This document shows positions 15,953-21,929 of a stretch of DNA of 21,929 bases, in pieces. Within the stretch, counting starts at the first letter, position 1. Each line of letters starts with the position of its first letter. Source of the DNA: an uncultured bacterium (GTDB taxonomy: Bacteria > Zixibacteria > MSB-5A5 > JAABVY01 > JAHJOQ01). The translations under genes and the position numbers were made by a program. The stretch spans positions 1 to 21,929 of the forward strand of contig CBDUQR010000044.1 of the NCBI GenBank assembly GCA_965369655.1, in the 5' to 3' direction. The notes under the pieces are model-generated. The model did no database searches. It had not been told where the DNA came from and saw only the letters and a program-made list of their open reading frames with translations.

Positions 15953-16908
15953 CCATGGAGGATTGTTTTTTCGTCGAGCTTCATACTGCCGAGGCCGGAT
16001 CGCTCCGCCAGTGGAATGTGTCTGATATCATGCGGTTGCAGTTCGAGATATCGCGCGGCATAAGCATCGACTGCGACCTGGTCGATCCCAGCAACTACGG
16101 TTCGATACTCCTTGACATCGGAGAGATTCCCGCCGACCGGACCATTTCTCATCAGGACACGATAGCAGTCGGCGACTACAAGCGTTGGTCTGCAGAAACT
16201 CGCGAGATCGACAATCGACTGATCGATCTTCTGATGCAATTGATTGCGCCGCCCGCCGATTATTCCAAACAGGTTTTTCATTCCGATAGTAGCCTTGGTC
16301 AGGCTGTGGTGTTTGACAATCGGCATATTGATAAGCTTGTCAGCTTCGAGAACCGGTTTCAGAACCGGCCATACAGTCAGGAGATCGCCGCTAAGATCGA
16401 CATCGATGAAATCACTATCCGACGAGACCAGAAACACTTCCGCGCCAGCTTCCTCGGCAGCCTTCCTGATTCCGGACCGCAGGAACGTCCGGCGCTGATC
16501 GTTGCAGGTGACATCGGTCACGACAACTCTTGATGCGCCTGCGTCGAGGCACATCCTGACCGTCTGAGCGACCATATCGGGATTCGTGTTCGCGGCTTGC
16601 TCGGGTACTCTGTCCCAGCCGACATTGGGTTTGATGACAACGCGATCACCGCTCGATATGAATGTCCCGATTCCACCGAGAGCCGCTATCGCTTTTTCGA
16701 CTAATCGTTCGGGACTGTCGTTCTCGATTACGGCTAACTTCTTCGCGAGATCGTGATTGTCGATGGCGTATGTCAGCTTGATTGCTTCTGCTGTGCTCTT
16801 TTCGGGATAGTCCGGTCGTGAGTCAGCGAGAAGATACGCGGCTCCAAATACGGCTGACGCCGCCGCTGCCTTGCCGGTCTTTTTTATGAACTCACGTCTT
16901 GTGACCAT
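15949..16908 (-). CDS. DUF362 domain protein with Tat signal
   Basis: True start is the ATG at 16908 (MVTRREFIKK, twin-arginine; SD GGGAG). Motifs GDRVVIKPN, ANTNP, INMPIVKHH, MKNLFG, DQVAVD. Confidence 0.9.
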   Translation of the reverse strand: MVTRREFIKKTGKAAAASAVFGAAYLLADSRPDYPEKSTAEAIKLTYAIDNHDLAKKLAVIENDSPERLVEKAIAALGGIGTFISSGDRVVIKPNVGWDRVPEQAANTNPDMVAQTVRMCLDAGASRVVVTDVTCNDQRRTFLRSGIRKAAEEAGAEVFLVSSDSDFIDVDLSGDLLTVWPVLKPVLEADKLINMPIVKHHSLTKATIGMKNLFGIIGGRRNQLHQKIDQSIVDLASFCRPTLVVADCYRVLMRNGPVGGNLSDVKEYRTVVAGIDQVAVDAYAARYLELQPHDIRHIPLAERSGLGSMKLDEKTILHG

Positions 16909-16938
16909 GTCCGCTCCCGAAACATTACTGTCTCGGTA

Positions 16939-16966
16939 AATATACGAATTTAGAGATGGTCCGCAA
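16939..16966 (-). promoter_or_regulatory. Putative promoter of the DUF362 operon
   Basis: TTGCGG-N16-TATATT, 30 nt upstream of the ATG. Confidence 0.55.
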
Positions 16967-17024
16967 CAGGAGCATGTTGAAAAAGGTGATTGACATGGAA
17001 TTCCAGGGACTGTCATATTTCGTT

Positions 17025-17190
17025 GTCATTGCGAGCGACCGCAGGGAGTGTGGCAATCTCGTATTTGGCATTGTGCTCGGCAGATGTCCACATCTGCCGA
17101 TATCGGTGTAAGATGGGGCAGACGAGGACGTCTGCCGCCCACAGGAGTTGGAACTGAAATCACCACGTCGCTGCCGCTCCTCGTGATGAC
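17025..17190. repeat. GTCATTGCGAG-type palindromic element, copy 1 (with ~70-bp insert)
   Basis: GTCATTGCGAG...GTGGCAATCTC ... GAAATCACCAC...CTCGTGATGAC; an inverted copy lies at 17687-17783. Confidence 0.8.
17072..17143. repeat. Inverted REP doublet (REPIN-like)
   Basis: TGTGCTCGGCAGATGTCCACATCTGCC faces (reverse complement) TGTGGGCGGCAGACGTCCTCGTCTGCC; each unit is itself a hairpin. Confidence 0.7.
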
Positions 17191-17235
17191 GACAACAATA
17201 CAGACCCGCAAATAAATAGGTATCATGTGCACACA

Positions 17236-17311
17236 GTGGCTGTGCCGCTGTGTTCTCAGCTTACTGCACAGCAAGTAGATACAGCACAGAATCCGCAGGG
17301 GCACAGCCCCC
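17236..17311. repeat. Second palindromic element, GGCTGTGCC...GGCACAGCC
   Basis: GGCTGTGCCGCTG (17238-17250) pairs with CAGGGGCACAGCC (17296-17308); GCACAG occurs three times. Confidence 0.55.
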
Positions 17312-17383
17312 GCGAGCACTTAAAAGGGACTTTTTCAACAAACCCCTCCGCAGGGGTGACGTATGTGCTGCGTTTCGCAGTCT

Positions 17384-17416
17384 GTAGCCCACCCAAAGCA
17401 CAACGTCTGGTGAGTT
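17384..17416 (+). repeat. GTAG-type REP-like palindrome, copy 2
   Basis: 27/33 identical to 627-659. Confidence 0.7.
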
Positions 17417-17686
17417 TTTCTAATTTCCTCTTTCGATCCCGATCAGGGTGAAACCTGAATCCTGACCACCGAGAAAATGTGCTCTGACGGGTAAGCTGAC
17501 TGTTGACCTGGATCGATCAGAAACACGGATTTCGATGATTATGTAGATAGTAGCTCGCACCCACTTGTATATCCTGAGCATAGCGAAGAGCTTTTCCTGA
17601 GTCTGACGAAGGGGGGCGTGAGAAGTAAGACACGTTATCGAAATGTCAAGCCCCAACTGGGCATGACCTACTCAACTGCAACCATT

Positions 17687-17840
17687 GTCATCACGAGGAG
17701 CGACAGCGACGTGGTGATCTCAGTTCATGCAATGTGATGCCTAACATAAGATTGCCACGCTCCCTCCGGTCGCTCGCAATGACAGCGAGATCTAACGGTC
17801 GCCTGGAATCCCATGCTTATTACCTTTTTCAACAAGCCCC
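17687..17840 (-). mobile_element. Inverted partial copy of the MITE-like element (left end plus palindromic core)
   Basis: Its reverse complement aligns with 16968-17190: GGGGCTTGTTGAAAAAGGTAAT...CATGGGATTCCAGG...GTCATTGCGAGCGACCGGAGGGAGCGTGGCAATC...GAACTGAGATCACCACGTCGCTGTCGCTCCTCGTGATGAC. Confidence 0.75.
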
Positions 17841-17878
17841 AAGGGGTGGGCCACCCATCCGTTTGTACGCTACTTAGA

Positions 17879-18892
17879 CTATCCGCAGGGTGGAGCACCA
17901 CCACCGAAGATGTAATTGATTAGATAGACTACGTCGTCGATGTCAACTCCACCTGTGCAGTCGGGGTTTCCGTATGGTGGGTTACCACCTGCAAAGATGT
18001 ATTGCAGAAGATACACGACATCGTCGATATCGACAGCGCCGCTACAATCGCAGTCGCCGTCTGGGAGCTCGTCATCAAGGAAGATGACATCAAAGTAGTA
18101 ATAGCCTGGGATTCCTCCACAATCTTGCACGACTTCCAACACTATAGGATAAGTTCCGGGATCGAGTGAAGTGAGTTGATAAAGTGCAGTATGTGAACTT
18201 GTTGGTATTATTGTGCCAGGGCCGTCAGCAACGCGCCAGAGCACACTCCAACAGGCAGTGCAATTAGCTTCGAATTCGAATTCAACACCCCAACAGGCTG
18301 ACTGACCGATTAGTTGGTCGTCCGATGGAGTGGTGACGAAACCAGCACTTCCGCATGGCGCTTCATAGACAATGATACAGTGGTCCTGGTCTCCTCCATA
18401 ATTGGAACCACCTATGAAATCGGGGATGATCGTCCCACCCGGTCCGCTCCATTTCCATGTATGTGTAGGGGGTACAAACGTCGAATCAAAGCAGAATTCA
18501 CCCATATCATTGCCAGCGTGTATCCTGAGTTTGAAATAATGCATCTCTTCCGTTATTACTGGCAATCCATCAAAGTCAACAAAGCCAACCACAAACGTAT
18601 CCGGAGACAGTCCGTTCGTGTCTGGCGTAATCACGAATGATCCTGGAATGGCTGAATTAACTGTGATGTCGACTACCTCCCATGTGAAGGGGCCCACGGA
18701 ATTCATTACAAAGCCGTTGACTGCAGATGTGATCGTGGCGGGTTCAGGCGATTGGCGCAGGATGTAAAAATCTATGTTGGCATAGAGGGTTCCCTGGTTA
18801 ATCGAGTCGGTGTCCATCCTTATGTAGTCTTCTGCTGTTGCTGTTCCCGCGAAGATAACCAACATCAGAACAATCGCTGTAATCTGTTTCAT
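17879..18892 (-). CDS. Secreted beta-sandwich protein with C-terminal dockerin-like domain
   Basis: SD GGGAGG; signal peptide (ATA|ED); two beta-rich domains; tail GDCDCSGAVDIDDVVYLLQYIFAGG..GNPDCTGGVDIDDVVYLINYIFGGGAPPC. Confidence 0.88.
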   Translation of the reverse strand: MKQITAIVLMLVIFAGTATAEDYIRMDTDSINQGTLYANIDFYILRQSPEPATITSAVNGFVMNSVGPFTWEVVDITVNSAIPGSFVITPDTNGLSPDTFVVGFVDFDGLPVITEEMHYFKLRIHAGNDMGEFCFDSTFVPPTHTWKWSGPGGTIIPDFIGGSNYGGDQDHCIIVYEAPCGSAGFVTTPSDDQLIGQSACWGVEFEFEANCTACWSVLWRVADGPGTIIPTSSHTALYQLTSLDPGTYPIVLEVVQDCGGIPGYYYFDVIFLDDELPDGDCDCSGAVDIDDVVYLLQYIFAGGNPPYGNPDCTGGVDIDDVVYLINYIFGGGAPPCG

Positions 18893-18995
18893 GATGTCCT
18901 CCCTGTCAGGTGTACGAATAGAACCATGATAAGATACCGGTATTCTCCTGCGTATGCCGATCCCTGTTGTCTGACTAAGTGATGAATTCTTAATA

Positions 18996-19023
18996 AATAT
19001 AGGAGATCAAACTTGATTGTCAA
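18996..19023 (-). promoter_or_regulatory. Promoter for the dockerin-domain gene
   Basis: TTGACA-N16-TATATT; palindrome ATCAA-N2-TTGAT at 19006-19017 in the spacer. Confidence 0.6.
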
Positions 19024-19073
19024 GTCCATTTTTGTCGGTGGCGTCAGCAGAGATCGGGCAGGGCAAAATATTG

Positions 19074-19101
19074 TTGTCTGACGGTCCAGTTGTCTTATAT
19101 T
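19074..19101 (+). promoter_or_regulatory. Putative promoter for the DUF2723 gene
   Basis: TTGTCT-N16-TATATT. Confidence 0.5.
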
Positions 19102-19147
19102 CACATATTCTGGATGCAGGAACTGACTGCATGGGAAGGAATCTGAT

Positions 19148-21751
19148 TTGACAAGTAGAGAAAACATGTCGGCGTCATCCGACCGCACCAACATATACAT
19201 TGGAATCGCGACAGCCATAGTCGCGCTGGCTGTCTATTTCAGGACGCTTTCGCCCAGCATATCATTCTGGGATTGCGGCGAGTTCGTGGCGTCATCGATA
19301 TGCTTCGGCATACCGCATCCGCCCGGCTCGGCGGTCTTCGTGCTCATCGGGCGGATATTCTCCGTGATACCGTTCGCGGATGACATCGCTTATCGTGTGA
19401 ATGTGATCTCGGCGCTATCTTCCGCCGCCGCGGTTTTTGTCTCGTATATGATCGTCACGCGAATCATCGGGCACTGGCTCGATGACTCTCGCGGGCTGTG
19501 GAAACGGCTCGGCATGTATGTCGGCGGAGTGGTCGGAGCGCTTTGTATGGGATTCAACAAAACGTTCTGGACCAACGCGGTGGAAGCTGAAGTCTATGGA
19601 CTGACGACGCTGGTTTCGTTGCTCATCATATATCTCCTGCTGAAATGGTACTCCAATCATGAATCACGCGGCGCGGACAGAATCCTTGTTCTGGTCTCGT
19701 ACCTGGCGATTCTGGGAGTGGGAATCCACATGAGCGCGTTTCTGGTAATGCCTGCCGGTTTCATATTCATCGGACTGGTCGACAGACGGCTCCGCTCCGA
19801 TGTGCGTTTCTGGATATCGGTGATAGCAGTCTGCATGATAATGGTCAATCTAAAACTCTTCATGCTGTTCACCGGGATATGGCTAATCGTCTCCGTCGTG
19901 GCGCTTCTGAGTTCTCGCAGGAATCGGATGTGGCGTCTTTCGGCGTCAATGGTATTTGTAGCACTCGTTGGATTCTCGATACAGTTCTATGCCCCGATAA
20001 GATCAACATTCGACCCCCCGATAGATATGGCCAACCCGGATAACTGGGAGAGGTTCGCCGCATTTGTCGATCGCGAGCAATATGGCGGGGAGAACATGTT
20101 TACGAGGATGCTCCACCGGCGGGGAGAACTTTCTAATCAGTTCGGCGATTTCCCTAGGATGGGATTCTGGAAATTTTTCTCCGAGCAGTATTCAGATCCT
20201 GGAATCGTATTCCTGCTGCTTCTGATACTCGGAACCTTCGGCATATACTCCGGCCTGAGGAGGAATCTCAAAATCGGCACTCTAATGCTGCTGCTGGTCC
20301 TGGCCGGCACGATAGGCTTGACTCTCTACATGAACTTCGCCGACGGCACACAGATCGATCCAAACTCAATGGCCAGGAGGCTGGAGGTCCGCGACCGCGA
20401 CTATTTCTGGACGCCCGGATTTGCATTCTTCGGCATGTGTCTCGGGCTGGGAGTAGCTGCGCTCTACTATTCGGTCAGAAGAAGACTTGCTGCATCAGGC
20501 GATGGCGGATCAATGGCGAATGCGGTCAGCGCGGCGATGACGATCCTCGTGCTCATACCTGCGCTCGCGCTGGGAAGTAATTTTCGCGCCTGCGATCGTT
20601 CGCTCGATACGATGCCGTACGATTACGCTATCAACTCTCTGAATTCGTGTCGAGAGAACTCGATTCTCTTCACTGCGGGCGACAATGACACATATCCGCT
20701 ATGGGCGCTCCAGTACGGCCTCGGAATCCGAACCGATGTTCATGTCATAAACCTCTCGCTGCTGGATGTCGACTGGTACATACTGCAGAAGAAATCGGAA
20801 CTCGCTCCCCTCGGAAATCTTATTTCGCTTGATACGAATCAGATTCAGACTGTTGACACACTCGTCAGGGGTGTCAGGGTACCTCTTCCGAGCAAGCCGT
20901 ACTATGATGCGATTCGCAAAGAGATGAGGTTTCTCCATCCATTTCCCAATGAGCAGGGCGGAGTGGTGAGGACGGCTCACCAGATCGTCGAGAATATCCT
21001 GCTCAACAATCTCGACAGTGATGGCAACTTCAAGTACGATATCTGTTTTGCGAATCTCCCTCCTGCGGAAGTCGCGTATGACTTGAGAACTCATTCCGAG
21101 AGGGTTGGCCTCGTCTACCGGATCACTCGCGAGATTCGCAATCGGGCTGTGAATCTGGATGAGACCTACAACCTTGTGACGAATGTTTTCCAGTATCACA
21201 ATCTGAGCAATCCAAAGTACTACCGCGATGAGACCGGAATATCTATGGCACTCTCCGCTGGGCAGCGACTCTTCGATGCGTACAGGGAAATGGCCGCTGC
21301 TTCAGACACCGTGCATGCGCTGGAAATACTGGAATTCATCGAGGAGAATATTCCTGAATTCTGGGAGCCTGCTCTGTTGCGTTTCACGATCGATTCGATG
21401 TACGGACTTGGGTCAAAGCCAGACTCGGTCTACAAGCTGGAATATCTTGCTTTCGTCGATGATCTGCTCAAATATGCTCCCGATAGTTACTACTATCACC
21501 AATTCAGGGGGCTGGCACTGCAGGAGCTTGGCAGGGCTGGTGAAGCCATTGAGTCGTTCGAGACGGCGTACGACATTATGCCAACTTCCTCTCTCGCTTA
21601 CCGCTCACTTATCGCTGCGTATATTCAGAGCGGCCGTTATGTCGATGCTGTGAACACATCGCGGGAGTATCTTATCTTGAATCCCCACGATGAGAACGCC
21701 CGGCGACTGGTAAATGCTTACAGTTCTCAACAACTGCCGCAGCGACCGTAA
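19148..21751 (+). CDS. DUF2723 / TMEM260-family GT-C glycosyltransferase with C-terminal TPRs
   Basis: SFWDCGEF, GIPHPPG, FWTNAVEAEVY, REQYG, EVRDRDYF, ILFTAGDNDTYPLW, VINLSLL..DWY; many TMs; TPR-like tail. TTG start with GGAAGGA SD; alternative ATG at 19166. Confidence 0.92.
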   Translation: MTSRENMSASSDRTNIYIGIATAIVALAVYFRTLSPSISFWDCGEFVASSICFGIPHPPGSAVFVLIGRIFSVIPFADDIAYRVNVISALSSAAAVFVSYMIVTRIIGHWLDDSRGLWKRLGMYVGGVVGALCMGFNKTFWTNAVEAEVYGLTTLVSLLIIYLLLKWYSNHESRGADRILVLVSYLAILGVGIHMSAFLVMPAGFIFIGLVDRRLRSDVRFWISVIAVCMIMVNLKLFMLFTGIWLIVSVVALLSSRRNRMWRLSASMVFVALVGFSIQFYAPIRSTFDPPIDMANPDNWERFAAFVDREQYGGENMFTRMLHRRGELSNQFGDFPRMGFWKFFSEQYSDPGIVFLLLLILGTFGIYSGLRRNLKIGTLMLLLVLAGTIGLTLYMNFADGTQIDPNSMARRLEVRDRDYFWTPGFAFFGMCLGLGVAALYYSVRRRLAASGDGGSMANAVSAAMTILVLIPALALGSNFRACDRSLDTMPYDYAINSLNSCRENSILFTAGDNDTYPLWALQYGLGIRTDVHVINLSLLDVDWYILQKKSELAPLGNLISLDTNQIQTVDTLVRGVRVPLPSKPYYDAIRKEMRFLHPFPNEQGGVVRTAHQIVENILLNNLDSDGNFKYDICFANLPPAEVAYDLRTHSERVGLVYRITREIRNRAVNLDETYNLVTNVFQYHNLSNPKYYRDETGISMALSAGQRLFDAYREMAAASDTVHALEILEFIEENIPEFWEPALLRFTIDSMYGLGSKPDSVYKLEYLAFVDDLLKYAPDSYYYHQFRGLALQELGRAGEAIESFETAYDIMPTSSLAYRSLIAAYIQSGRYVDAVNTSREYLILNPHDENARRLVNAYSSQQLPQRP

Positions 21752-21756
21752 GTCTT

Positions 21757-21885
21757 GTAGGGAAGAACCCAGCGAAATCCTGAGCCCTGCGAAGGGAAGC
21801 GAAGCGGAGTGGTTCTGCCAACATCATACTGTCCGGCAGAACCGCTGAAGGCGAAGTCCTGAACTTTGCGGAGTGGTTCTGCCCT
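21757..21885 (+). repeat. Tandem REP-like hairpin units downstream of the DUF2723 gene
   Basis: Two units GG(A/C)AGAACC...GCGAA.TCCTGA...GCGGAGTGGTTCTGCC; identical 16-mer at 21804-21819 and 21868-21883; the first unit starts with GTAG. Confidence 0.7.
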
Positions 21886-21914
21886 TGTATATTCTCTTCG
21901 TATTGGTTTATAAT
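21885..21914 (+). promoter_or_regulatory. Putative promoter for a gene beyond the window
   Basis: TTGTAT-N18-TATAAT followed by AAGGA. Confidence 0.45.
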
Positions 21915-21929
21915 GGTTAAGGATCGGGA

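Larger units (their letters stand above)
16968..17347. mobile_element. MITE-like non-autonomous element (~380 bp) with IS1182/IS5-like terminal inverted repeats
   Basis: Left end AGGAGCATGTTGAAAAAG; right end (reverse complement) AGGGGTTTGTTGAAAAAG; 15/18 match. No transposase; interior filled with palindromic repeats. Confidence 0.6.

Noticed and set aside
16909-17016. 36-aa N-terminal extension of DUF362 in the ORF track
   Set aside because: It runs through the promoter and into the MITE end; the SD and Tat motif point to the ATG at 16908.
16960-17356. Target-site duplication (CCGCA) around the MITE
   Set aside because: The left copy is offset 2 bp from the IR, so the duplication is not flush; it cannot be called without an empty site.
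17026-17656. ORFs 17026-17319, 17227-17451 and 17420-17656 as genes or transposase remnants
   Set aside because: They overlie palindromic repeats, lack SDs and show no DDE, HUH or GIY-YIG motifs.
16968-17860. CRISPR array
   Set aside because: No regularly spaced direct repeats with unique spacers and no cas genes; the repeats are inverted and nested.
1352-21653. Numerous short antisense or alternate-frame ORFs in the track
   Set aside because: They are shadows of well-supported genes, with no motifs or translation signals.

Overview
Bacterial genomic DNA of roughly 50-55% GC by eye. It is most likely from candidate phylum Zixibacteria or a related FCB-group lineage, inferred from two secreted proteins ending in the paired EF-hand-like 'dockerin' tail (..DIDDVVYL..YIF.GG.PPC). 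The core is a minus-strand housekeeping run: Nudix, VanZ, aspS, phoH, 7TM-HD (PgpH-like), ybeY, CBS/CorC hemolysin-family. It converges on a vWA membrane protein. Next come a beta-helix/dockerin protein, a DUF362 / membrane polyferredoxin / lipoprotein operon, a second dockerin protein, and a divergent DUF2723 (TMEM260-like) glycosyltransferase with TPRs. The ORF track misses or does not explain four main things. (1) An AT-rich ORF (567->1, running off the left edge) encodes an adenylate-kinase-like protein with a degenerate P-loop. (2) A ~155-nt minus-strand long-hairpin RNA candidate lies between Nudix and VanZ, with an SD and a 4-codon uORF buried in its stem. (3) An 870-bp intergenic nest of non-autonomous elements (IS-like ends > GTCATTGCGAG palindrome > REP doublet) starts 1 bp from a promoter -35. 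(4) The AspRS carries several substitutions in normally conserved active-site motifs. Family assignments are from motif recognition by eye; no database searches were run.
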